Positions 39,972 through 51,176 of a DNA stretch of 64,000 nt are shown in pieces; position 1 is the stretch's first letter; the number at the start of each line of letters is the position of its first letter. Made by a program: the position numbers and the translations under genes. The notes below the pieces were generated by a model. The model was not told the DNA's origin, did no database searches, and saw only the letters and a program-made list of their open reading frames with translations. Source of the DNA: Podarcis tiliguerta. Its lineage: Eukaryota. The stretch lies in assembly GCA_965153285.1 (NCBI GenBank), contig OZ229119.1. One strand, given 5' to 3'.

Positions 39972-41226
39972 GTATTGACTTGGATGTAAATGTCATATGA
40001 ATTTATCTTTTATAACTAATAGCTGAGTTAAGAAGCAAAGGAAATAGACTTTGGAACTTACTGCTGATCCAATAGCAAGAGCAAGATTGCCTGGAGCACA
40101 TCTGACTGGACTCTACAGGATATGTTGGGCAAGAGTTTGGGGTGAATTATACTTGCATAGATGGATCCTGGACAAAGGGTTGCATTGGGTTGCAGTGACT
40201 TTCCCCTTCAGTAATCTTACTAAATGCCTGTTCGGTAGAATAACTTCTTTGTTCAGCACCAACTAACTTGGCTTGAATTACTCAGATGTGCAAATTCCCC
40301 CTTTTCTGTTTGTGTTGTACTCCCCTTACCCCATCACTAGTAATGTTTTGAGGATGCTCAGATTGGCTTGGCAGATCTACATGAATCCTCTTCCTGTTGT
40401 CCAGAAAGATAATTCAGATTTCTGCTCCAACACTGCTGTTCACTAATAGCTTTTAGGAAGAAAATGTAAACACTTTGGTACGCATGTGCTGCTCTGAGTC
40501 AAGACCTTGGTCCAAGGCTTCAAGCTGGGACATCTGAATTGCAATGCTGCAGAAAAATTGTGTGCTTTGTACTTCTGTGTGGCTTTCTCACTGCAGCATT
40601 GCCCTTGAAATAAGCTTAATTGCCTGTGCTTACTGGACCTTTCCTGGCTCTTGGGACTAATGATGGAACAGGCCTCAAATTAGCTTCAGTTGGCATTGCA
40701 GTGACCATATTCTGTTTGGCTCATTGGGGAGGACAGAACTAGAGCTAAGCTTGCATACTCTAAACATTATTGTCAGCAACTGTTTTGCTTGGCAGAACAT
40801 TTAGGTTGGAATAAACCTAAAGCCCTTTGGTTCATCGATTGGTCATATTTGTGCCAGCCCAACTTCTGTATGCTACACCACCATGCCTCATAATACTTGG
40901 GAGAAATAATGCAGACAAACAGCAAATTGAATCTGTTTCCAGCTGTATATCAGGCCACCCATTCCACCATGTTCCACTCCATGCACAACACACTAAACCA
41001 TATTTTAACATGATGTGCATAATGTGGCCAGGGGTTTCCCAAAGCTGTTCAAAGCAAATGTAATACCTCACTCAATGATTTGCAAATGTTAAGTCAAATG
41101 ATCTACAGAAATGTGACATGACATTTCTCAAGTGTACTGAATTTGCTGTGATGCTTTTTTGGGGTTCTCCCGCTACACACGCACAAACTTTGGCAGGTCT
41201 TGTAACATTTATTTTTCTTTGTTTAG

Positions 41227-41413
41227 GTTGTGTTTTCTTTCTGTGTCTGGGCATCTTTTACATGTTCCGGCCAAACATGTCCTTTGTAGCACCTGTACAA
41301 GAGAAGGTAGTGGTTGGAGTGTTCTTCTTGGGAGCCATTCTCTGCCTCTCCTTCTCATGGCTCTTCCACACCGTTTACTGCCATTCAGAAGGTGTCTCAA
41401 GACTATTCTCCAA
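41227..41413 (+). CDS. ADIPOR2: ADIPOR2 coding exon 4: (G)CVFFLCLGIFYMFRPNMSFVAPVQEKVVVGVFFLGAILCLSFSWLFHTVYCHSEGVSRLFS(K)
   Basis: tttgtttAG acceptor and AA|GTAAGT donor, 187 nt. Contains the SxxxH zinc-ligand motif (SWLFH). Confidence 0.97.
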
Positions 41414-41842
41414 GTAAGTACTGTAGTGATTCAGTGTGACTTCAGAGCCGGAAAATGTATGTGAAGCACTATGAAAATTGTCAGTGTATAAATGCTTAGC
41501 TGTTGGGTCCAGGCTGAGAAACTGGAATTTGCCTAAGAGCTCTACTTCAGCCATTGATGGGATCCCCATATTCCTGACATTGTGGTTAGCAGGCCAAGAT
41601 TAAAGAATTTAGATCAGAGCTCTTCTCCTAAGGTTTGTCTGCCTTTGCTAATATTTGGAAGTTGCTGTTTAGGGGTGGTCACAGTAGGAACCTTATTAGC
41701 CACAGAAGTCTTGCACCAGAAGCTGGGCAATGATGCAACTAGGCTAGGCTTGTTGGGTGCTGTGGAGGCTGTGCAATCAGTGAGCAGGCTACTTCATGTG
41801 ACCTTCCTGAAACAACTTTCCCCCTCTCTTCCCTTGCCTTAG

Positions 41843-42030
41843 ACTGGACTACTCTGGCATCGCCCTCCTCATTATGGGCAGTTTTGTTCCATGGCTCTAC
41901 TACTCCTTCTATTGCAACCCTCAGCCCTGCTTCATCTACTTGATTGTCATCTGTGTCCTGGGCATCACAGCCATTATAGTTTCCCAATGGGACAGGTTTG
42001 CAACCCCCCAGTATCGAGGAGTACGAGCAG
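41843..42030 (+). CDS. ADIPOR2: ADIPOR2 coding exon 5: (K)LDYSGIALLIMGSFVPWLYYSFYCNPQPCFIYLIVICVLGITAIIVSQWDRFATPQYRGVRA(G)
   Basis: cccttgccttAG acceptor and CAG|GTAAGA donor, 188 nt. Contains the conserved LDYSGI Asp. Confidence 0.97.
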
Positions 42031-42404
42031 GTAAGACTCAAAGGATCACTTTTAAAATGCTTTCCTCCACATGAAGGTATTTGGTTTGAAATTTTATTCC
42101 AAATTGGAACAAAGTGCTGAACTTACTTATGCATGGTGCTAATTTTTTTTATGTAACTTTGAACGGAGTGTGCGCGCGCTCGTAGATTAAAAGTTTGACA
42201 CTCCTAATCTGCCAGTCATGTTTGCATAATGTCAGGTTCTAGAGAGGTAGCCATATCTGTCTGCAACAAAACTTCTTTAATGTTCCATATTCAGATTTAT
42301 AGTGACACACGTTTTTGTGAGTTAAAGTCCCCTTCCATGATGTGTTGCCTTCCATTAGTCATGCTTATAGCATATTTGTGTATATTTGTGTACAGACAGA
42401 TATA

Positions 42405-42646
42405 CAGTGGTACCTCCGTTCCGGAGGCCCGTTAGCAACGTGAAAAGTCCGCAGCCTGAAGCGCTGTATCTGTGCAGGTGCACGGCGCAATTTGGCGCTT
42501 GTGCACATGCATGAAGTGCGATTTAGCGCTACTGCGCATGCGTGAGCGGTGAAACCCGGAAGTAACCCTTTCCAGTACTTCCGGTTGCTGCGGGACGCAA
42601 CCTGAAAAAATGTAACATGAAGCAAATGTAACATGAGGTATGACTG
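42405..42646. mobile_element. Tc1/mariner-superfamily MITE, family B
   Basis: TA|CAGTGGTACCTC...GAGGTATGACTG|TA; shares the ctgcgcatgc and acccggaagtaac...acttccgg core. Confidence 0.85.
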
Positions 42647-44025
42647 TACATACAGCAAAATGTAGTCTCCAAGCAGGCCTTGAAAAGTTTACACTCTGCA
42701 TTCTTTATGTGTACAGAGAATCCACTAGTTGTGGATAGTTAGTACTTCATGCACCTTATAAATGGGCATCCCTTCATGGATACATAATAAATTGGTTGGT
42801 ATTTAGATGTCACAAGATTCCTTGTGCCTGCATCATGTGTGTTTTAATTTGCACTGTTCCCCCCCCCCTTTTTTTTGTATGATTAACTTGTAGTACTCAT
42901 TATGTGACATCTTGTTTGGATGACAGTAAGTTAAGGATTCTGGCTGTAAATGCCAAGTCTGTCCAATGAACACAATTTGTGAAAGTGACTCATCAGCTTA
43001 GCTGGATGCCATCTTTCATAATGGCTCTAAATTCTGGCTGAGTTTGAGGAAGCTAGAAAGTCAGGCAGGAGGATTATTTAGGATAAGGTATTGTTTAAAA
43101 TCAAAACCCTAAATGCATCTTCTAGTACACTAGTTTCCAAATTTTGCCATGAGGGAATGGAAAGAAAAAGAATCTCCTAAGGACGAAAAACATCTGCCTG
43201 CAGGGAAGCTGTTTGCTGTTACAGACATAGAGGCATACAGCATTTTATTTGTATGCCACCTTTCCGTAGTTTAAACCATGCTTAAGGCAGCTTACAACAT
43301 GAAAAAATAATACATAATTACATAGCAAAAGTAATCTTCAACAATAAATAAAACTTCAAAAAGTACACATCCAAATTGAACATTTCCACATAGATCATAA
43401 GATCTAAAATAAGATACAAAAAATTATATCAATAACAGCAACACACACCCCTCCAAACAAAACACCCTAAACAACGCCCCAGCCCAACAGTCTGTTCAGT
43501 AGCCTCAGTTTTTGTAGCTGGAGTCAGGGCCCTGCCTTCCCCGGCCGGGTGGAAAAAAGGCCAGTAAGACGACGGACTCCTAGCCAAGATGCTTAGTCCA
43601 CCGCTCCGGCCTGCCTGCCTTCCTTTCCATCCCATCTTTACAGGAGAATGGAGACTTTGTTCTGTCCATCTCTGCTTTTGGAATGATTAGGTTTTTCTGA
43701 TACTCCAGTGCAGAGGATGCTACTTGCTGAATCTCTACAAAAATTGCTGCTCTGGGCTTTGTCTCCTTCCATTTGGGAGGCATACTTGGAACAGTAACTC
43801 CTGTAGCAGTGCATGGGAAGGACTCCTCTGAGGGAAGGTGAAATTCTTGCATGTCTGAATGCGCGCACACAGAATGTGAATGTAGTCATGAATTCAGGGG
43901 GAGGAGTCTCATTTGCTTGCTGGAAGTTTGAAGAATTTGTTCTAGAATATTTCTGTACCTTCCAGGAAGTTGTAAATTTGTACAGAGGATCAGGAGATGA
44001 AATATATAGCAATTGCAACTTAGTA

Positions 44026-44220
44026 CAGTGGTGTACCTCTGGTTACAAACTTAATTCGTTCCGAAGGTGCGTTCTTAACCTGAAACCGTTCTTAACCTGA
44101 GGTACCACTTTAGCTAATGGGGCCTCCTGCTGCTGCTGTTCTCATCCTGAGGTAAAGTTCTTAACTACGTCCGGGTTAGCGGAGTCTGTAACCCAAAGTT
44201 TGTAACCTGAGGTACCACTG
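44026..44220. mobile_element. Tc1/mariner-superfamily MITE, family A (opposite orientation, internal deletions)
   Basis: TA|CAGTGG...GAGGTACCACTG|TA; reverse-complement match to 8118-8343. Confidence 0.88.
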
Positions 44221-45039
44221 TACTGGGAATACTATTAAGCAAATATTGGTTTTAATTATCGTGAACTGTCAGTTCAATCTGTGGGCTGGAGCAGACAAAA
44301 CACCTTTGAAGTTTATGCTTCCACGACTGATGTAAGTGCTGCACTTTTTTGGTCAATCAGTGGTACACGAAGGCCAAAGTTTCTTTCTGCCACTCACAGC
44401 CCACTGGCAGGGAGTCTTTATTTCAAGGCTTGTGCTACAGTCTCTAGTGTACTTAGAAAGCTAGAGGTATATTAACATATTTTGAACAATTGTACACAGT
44501 GGGTGTGTAGTATACATTTTAGGGCACTTGAGAATGAAATCAGGTTTACTTCATTTTCTACAACAAAAAGAATTTGGTCTGATTAAAGAAATTATAGTTG
44601 GTTGATTTGCAATTTTAAATGATCTGCATAATAAAAGTCACTTGAATAAAATGGTGACTTTGGAATGGAAAAGCATACTTTATCTAGTATTTAAGTGGTG
44701 TGTGTATATCTGCGTGTGTGTGCGCGTGTATGTGCTGCAGCAGGCATAGTATTGAAGGAGGATATGCCTCCTGGTTGCAACAGAAGAGAGAATGCCTCTT
44801 CTAAAATGACATTTGGCACTATGATTAGAAGTACATGGATTATTATTTTTTAATGTGTTCCCAGATTGATCAGGGGCTCCTCTCTAGTTGACCAAATGGG
44901 TTGTGGCCCTAAAAACCAACCACCCAAGTAATCTTCCTGCTCTGCTTTGGGATCCTGAGCTTTGGCAGTTTGCCCTCATCTCTGCCACTGCTTCTCTTGT
45001 GTCCAAGGCTGAATCTGTCCCACTTCCCTTATCTCCTAG

Positions 45040-45233
45040 GAGTGTTTCTGGCTCTGGGCCTTAGTGGGGTCATCCCCACCCTGCACTTTGTCATCACGGA
45101 AGGGCTCCTCAAGGCTGCCACAATGGGGCAGATAGGCTGGCTGGCTCTCATGGCCTGCCTGTATATCACTGGCGCTGCACTGTATGCTGCTCGCATCCCG
45201 GAGAGGTTCTTCCCGGGCAAGTGTGACATCTGG
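45040..45233 (+). CDS. ADIPOR2: ADIPOR2 coding exon 6: (G)VFLALGLSGVIPTLHFVITEGLLKAATMGQIGWLALMACLYITGAALYAARIPERFFPGKCDIW
   Basis: atctcctAG acceptor and TGG|GTAAGT donor, 194 nt. Contains the RIPERFFPGKCDIW motif. Confidence 0.97.
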
Positions 45234-45877
45234 GTAAGTATGGCTAATAGATGGCAGGCACATAATAGGGAGGGTGAGAGGCATTAATCCCTACTGCATA
45301 TCTGCAGTGATGGATCACTGTGGTCTGTGACCGGGCTCCATAAAGACACAGTTCTATAAATGCCTCTTACTGCTCAGTTCTGGGCTAAAATGGAGCCCTG
45401 CTGTGCAACTGCTAACTTTAAAACCCTGTGAAACTCTGCAACCTTCTCTTGGTAGGCATTACAAGAATGAAAAATATTTGCACTGTATCTGCCTTGGCAT
45501 ATCTGGCTCCCAAGAGAGGGAATGGTGCACAGCTGCAAAAATACAACCATTCTGATACAGCGCTGTTAATGCTCTGTGTTTGTTTGTTTATGTGTATGCG
45601 AGCATGTATCTTGTCCTCTAGCCAGTTATGCCAAGTTGACTGGGGCTGGGTGGGTTTAAATTGGCACCTCTTGGTGCTTGCATAGTCTGTTCACACAGAG
45701 AAACAAACAATGGATTCCTAGGATGCAAGAGGGCTTATTCTTTGGCTGGTTGATACTTCACAATCTCTTCTTACTAGCCAGCACCACCTGTGATGCCCTC
45801 CTTTGGTGACTGTTCTGGAAAATGGGAGTCTCCATTACCTAAGGTGAAACGGTGTTCTGTTTTTCTCTCTCCCATAG

Positions 45878-46003
45878 TTCCACTCCCACCAGCTGTTTCA
45901 TGTGTTTGTAGTGGCTGGTGCATTTGCGCACTTCCATGGAGTTTCAAACCTTCAGGAGTTCCGCTTCACAGTTGGCGGAGGCTGCTCAGAGGACGAGATG
46001 TAG
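45878..46003 (+). CDS. ADIPOR2: ADIPOR2 last coding exon: FHSHQLFHVFVVAGAFAHFHGVSNLQEFRFTVGGGCSEDEM*
   Basis: ttttctctctcccatAG acceptor, HxxxH zinc ligands (HQLFH), tandem stops TAG TAA. Exon phases sum to an intact 1149-nt CDS. This frame is absent from the ORF track. Confidence 0.96.
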   Translation, partial: FHSHQLFHVFVVAGAFAHFHGVSNLQEFRFTVGGGCSEDEM

Positions 46004-48505
46004 TAAAACTGACCGCTTGTCCAAGATCGTAACCAAAAAAGCAGAACCGTTGGAGCAGTCAGTCTACACCTGACCCAGGATGGTGTAGAAGCTTCGCAGG
46101 GATTCTAACTAAAACTTGGAAGAGAAATTCATACCTCAAGCATTGGAGTGAATTGATTCTGAAGACCTGGAAGTTCTTAAACCCTAATTTATTCCTGGGG
46201 TCTACAGACTAAGCTACAGAAAGCCCTTTCTTAATCAGCTTCTGTTCAATGCCATATTTATTTGTAGAAAAACAAGAGGGGTTGTCATGGGGAGATGGCT
46301 TAGCATTTTTTTTCTTTTTTAAAATCTAGCTTGATTAAGATTTGTATCTTGTTCAGGTAAGTTGATTTTTAGATGCTCTTTTGGGAGGAAAAATGTAAAT
46401 AAGATTTCTAACATTCTGTTTAATTGAAAAGTTTATATAAATGTTTTAAAATTGTGTGGGAGGGGAGGGTTTTTTTGTATAGATTGCAACATGCAAGTAC
46501 CACACACTGTTTCAAGTTTGCACGAACCCTTTTAAGTGCAAGAGGGCCAGGTGAAACCCCTGCAGCATCTGGGTTCTACAGATTCTTCCTAATGTTTGGG
46601 GATGTGCTGGACAGCTAGACCCAGCAGGCTCAGTCTGCACACAAGGGTTCAGGGTAAGCAAGTGTGGACAACCTTAAATCGGGCTGACGCTTGGGCCCCT
46701 GCACGTTCAGAAGGCAAAGGCAGGAGACATTGTGCAGCTGAGCTCTGCTCCCTTGGCAGGGCGTGCCTTCTAAGATCTCTGCCATTTTGTGGGTAGTCTT
46801 TAGGTGGTCTTTCTTTCCACCAGCCTTTTGCTGTGTTGGGATTTGATGGCTTAAGGCACAATATGGTATGTATCTTGACCTCTTTGGCAGTGGGGTCTCT
46901 TGTCAGTGTTTCACCATTCAGTTGGGCCTGCTATCCTTTTTTATCCAAGTGCAATTGTTAGTGTCAGGCATCTGCCTTCTAGTTGAAAGACAGTAGGAGA
47001 AGATGGTCTGCAGGGAGTGAGGAGGAACATATGAAAAAGCAGCCTAGACTAGCTGTTAATTCATTCTAGAGTATGTTGTGTGCTGCTGAACTACAGTAGC
47101 ACTAAGGTTGCCCGGTATTAAATTCCACCAAGCTCCACTTGGCTGCAATGTAACACTGCCGATCCTTCTTGCTTCCTTCTGGTATATAAGACAACGCTGC
47201 GCACTGGGCTTTTTTCTTTCTTTAAAAAGAAGAGCAGCTTGCAGAATCTGCTTGGATATTACATTTTTGCCTCTCCTCAAAAGAGTGCTTGGTACCCAAG
47301 AGAAGCTTGTTGTCTCTTTAAAAACTTCCCCAGATAGCTTAACTGCTTGTGGGGTAGCCGTACATTCTGAGAAGGGCAAATTGTCACTAAGCAGAACACT
47401 CAGTCAGGCAAGAAGTGTAGTTGCTGTTTTCTCCTGCTAGGCTGGTGAGGCATGTCAGAGATGGAGAGAAATGTTTTGACACAGTGTAGAATTTGTGTTG
47501 TTGAATACTCACAGTGGGGGCAGTTCCTTTGGCCCATAGTATAATTAACTACAAGTGTTGGGAGATGATAGAATTTGTCACATGTTAAACTGCTTTTTTG
47601 ATTATTAGAAGGAGGTTGGTCTTTCTGTCTTTTCTCTCTCCCGCCCTCAAAACAGAACCTTAGTGTTTAGACCTACAAGAGGTGCTTAACGGGTGCTTGT
47701 AGGCAACTTCAGATGAGTATATCCTGGGTAGGATCCTGATGTGCTGAATGCAGATAGGCCAGAATGGCACCCTAACACTTCTGATTGTTCAATCCCATAC
47801 TAAAAAAACAGAACAGTATTAATTGAACCCCTTTAATGGAACAGGAAGGCCAGTAATCATTTAATCTTCCCAGTGGTAAATGTAGCCATCTGGAAGAAGG
47901 GTGGCTTGCCTGATGGGGTAAGTGCTAATACATATCAGACTCAGATCTACTTATCTGAAAAGCATTTTTTTTTTTTTTTTTGAGAGAGAGAGAGGGGTGG
48001 TAGGCTGCTTCTGTATTAGCAGCAGAAATAGCACCTCCCCATTCTAGATCATCCTATGCTCACTCCCAGAAAGGGTTTCTCACAACCTGGTCCTACAGCA
48101 CACAACCTGTACAAAAACACACCCTCCACTTACTCTACCCCTTTGGTCTCTGTTTAGGACATTTTTTTGTGTCCCAATAAGAAAAACTGCTTAGCTGTGC
48201 ACTTTTCCGTGGTGCTTGCTGAGACTTCTTCCCAGGTTGGCACCTGAATGCCTTACTCTCAGCAATCGGAGGTTTGCTTGCTTCCTTTGTGTGTGCAGGT
48301 TTTCAGTGTAGTATAGTTCAGAGTTACAGCTTTCTTTTCCCATTAACTAGTGGCCTTGTTCAGTATTTTCTTTTTTAAAAAATTGCTTACTGTTGGAGGC
48401 GACAAAGCACATCTTGGACTTTGAAGATTGGGGTCTCCGGGCAATGGGATCTCATTACTTGTTGTATTCTTAACTTCTAATAAAAAGAGCAAATGCAATG
48501 GAGGC
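46004..48505 (+). other. ADIPOR2: Probable ADIPOR2 3'UTR ending near AATAAA at 48479-48484
   Basis: Repeat-poor, U-rich 2.5-kb stretch. The canonical AATAAA is followed about 30 nt later by GU-rich gggtgttgtctttttggt. Confidence 0.65.
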
Positions 48506-48599
48506 TTGATGGGTGTTGTCTTTTTGGTCTCATTCATGATCATATAAGAACTGGATGGACGTATAGAAAAGTATGGATGGAAATGTGGCCTGGAAATAC

Positions 48600-50502
48600 A
48601 GAAATTGGTTTGTGTTACATTTAATGGTGAAAGCTGTTCTTCCATGTTTTTGAACCAAGAGTAGAGAACCATAACCCTTCCCGATGTTTGGGGTTTTTTT
48701 TACACTTTTTTCTCAACACACCATGTGCTCATATAGTAAGGTCAGTTTGACAATGTGAAGCTCTTACACTATACTGGAATATTGTAAATACATCTAAGCA
48801 CATTTACTTGTGAATGTAAGTGTGGGTCCATTCTCAGCATAATTCCAGTATGACCTGTGATGGGATTTTGTGGCATATTGTGTATGACAACCAAGAAAGA
48901 CATGAAACAAAAATATAATGAAAATGTCATATTTTAAAAAGAGGCCAAATGTCAAACACATATTACAAAAACAAAAGCAAAAGTTCAACAACTTCTGTAC
49001 TGTCACAAATCTCCCTTGGGGATTTGAGAGGACGACTTTCTTATTGAAATTCTAGTCATGTCAAGGAAATACATACCAGCAGTCCTGTAATATGGCTTCC
49101 TTTGCTTGCTTTCTCCATTTCTGAGGTCTTAAGGTCCTGGCTATCCAACCACCAGCCCACGCCTGGCACGTAAACTACTGGGATCTAGAATCAAAAACTT
49201 CTTGTGGTGAAAATTTTGCCCATAGTTTCGTTCATAAGGCAAAATGGCTTTCAAAAGTTGAGAGAAATTTCACATTGTATTAGCACACCTCTGAGGGGGT
49301 ACTCTCTTCCCTGAAAACTGATAAAGATTGTATTATACAGCTGGTGCATCCATGAAGCCGTCAGCATGTCTGGCAAAATAATATTGCAGGATACAGTAGG
49401 AACTGGAAGGTGACAGTCATATTTCCTGTGCATCTGTAGACTTCCCAAAAGCGTCTGCTTTTAAACATTTGTGTCTAACAAAGCTAATGTGCACACTTAG
49501 CCTCACCATGTTTAATTTTGTAACCTATGCAAGGGAGTTATGGCTAAACTCCTTGTCCAGCGTTGTGAAGCTGAGGGAACTTGAGAGGTGTGGACAGAAG
49601 GAATATTTCTAAGGCTAGAGTTTAAGTTTGCCTTAATAACACAGAAACATAGGTAGAAACGTTATTCCTTTTCGCTCAGTACTGTCTACACTGGCTGGTA
49701 GTAGCCATCCAAGGTTTCAGATGAAATTCTCAACCTGCAACCACTCCCCATAATGCATCATGCCTCTTGAAATAGAACACATGGAGCTATTTTCACATCA
49801 AGCTGATAAATCTAATCATTGTCTGAATCTGCTATTTTAGAGGAAAGCTCTCTGTGTAGCCTTAGAAGAGCTTAAATGTCTGCAGTAGGCAGAGTTGCAG
49901 GAACTCCTTGCCGGATACAGGATTCCCTACCAAAGCCTGGCTTGGCAATATTGTTCTCCAGTTCCTCGACAGTAGAAACGAATCTCTGTTGATGACCATT
50001 ATGTTCTCTAAGAAGGTGATATTCCTGCAGAACTGCCCAGGTGTCTGTTAAGTTAAAAGAAAGGGGATTATGAGATGCTTCTCCTTAGCAGATAGTACTG
50101 ACTGTTCCCATTTTGCAGCTAGGGTAAGTTATAGGTTAAGTCCATCCATTTGGCAAATGCCATCTTCTGTTCCAGGCCTTTCCCCCACCAGTGTAAACTT
50201 TTCCATACTGCTAAGGCAGGGAGGGTAAGCTGTGAGATCACACAGCTTGGTGAGCCTGTTGGTCCATAGCCATAGGTGCCCCACCCTCAGTTGCAAGCTT
50301 CTTGAAGAAAGGAAGCCCCACTTCCAAACACAACACAGCTAGCAAGTTCCTTGGGAGAATGCAGCCGAAGAAGTTCCTGAGCCTCTGTGGCATTGTCCAC
50401 ATGCTCTGGCATGCAGCAGTTGTCTTAAGTGCCCAAGTAGCATGGTCCTCAAAATAGAGCATTTGCCTTTCTGGTCCAAAATAAGGACTTTGATGGGCCT
50501 TG
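48600..50502 (-). other. CACNA2D4: Probable CACNA2D4 3'UTR; ATTAAA candidates at 49516-49511 and 48625-48620
   Basis: Follows the minus-strand stop. The minus strand is U-rich at 48890-49010. I found no canonical AATAAA, so the end is uncertain. Confidence 0.45.
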
Positions 50503-50598
50503 TCACCGCAAGAGAAGAGCTGTGGTTCCCAGAGGAAGGAAGAGCAGGGCTAATGAGGCAGAAATCTCTGCCGCTCCTCCACAGTCCTGGGCGTTTTC
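50503..50598 (-). CDS. CACNA2D4: CACNA2D4 last coding exon: ENAQDCGGAAEISASLALLFLPLGTTALLLR* (GPI-signal-like tail)
   Basis: On the minus strand, ctttgtttttcAG|GAA AAC GCC CAG GAC TGT GGA GGA, stop TGA at 50505-50503. ENAQDCGGA matches the alpha2delta-4 C-terminus, with a small-residue omega site followed by a hydrophobic tail. Confidence 0.92.
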   Translation of the reverse strand, partial: ENAQDCGGAAEISASLALLFLPLGTTALLLR

Positions 50599-51093
50599 CT
50601 GAAAAACAAAGCAAGTATGTGGTCAGCAAGTAGAATTTAGAGGGCAGCAAAAATTAAAGCCTAGCTTCATTTTAACTTGGGCCAAATGATTGAAACTTTT
50701 TTTGCAATGGCGATGGCCAAATCCACCTCCCGATAAAAATTGATCCATTCATAGGGCTGGCAGGATAAACTGTGTCCGTGCAGAATATGCGTGCTCATGA
50801 GTGCCTACCACATGGCAAGGAACCCAATGCACTTGGCTATATGTATAACGTGTGCACAGGCTTGCTGCATACATCACATCAAACACACACTGATGGACAG
50901 GTGGGGGCACTGTGCCCTATTTTTAGGGCCTCCACATAGGCAAACAAGTGAGGCAGCCTTGAGGTGGTTAAAAATGAATCTATGGACTGACATTTCAAAA
51001 CCCAGCTTATTTTATTTAGGCCAGCACATTATCATGGCTGCTGTGGCGCAGAGCCTACTTTGTCAAATGCAACAATTCCTCAACCCGCCTTAC

Positions 51094-51176
51094 CTCAGGA
51101 TGGAATGCATGGCAGGTATCTGGTCGCCGCCTCAGCTTCTGGGAGCGCATCCTGTCACATTTCACTGACGCATTAT
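51094..51176 (-). CDS. CACNA2D4: CACNA2D4 penultimate exon: (Y)[27 protein letters not shown]
   Basis: 83 nt, preceded by an AC acceptor (U12 type) and followed by GAG|GTAAGG. The peptide is nearly identical to alpha2delta-4 as I recall it. Confidence 0.95.

Noticed and set aside
45037-45042. TAG-GAG tandem (NAGNAG) acceptor in ADIPOR2
   Set aside because: GAG acceptors are very rarely used, and the proximal TAG gives the conserved protein.
26232-46003. Alternative call ADIPOR1
   Set aside because: The N-terminus (RLRKGH, EDEGFMGM), EEFVCK, GKCDIWFHSHQ and the WNT5B/CACNA2D4 neighbours all indicate ADIPOR2.
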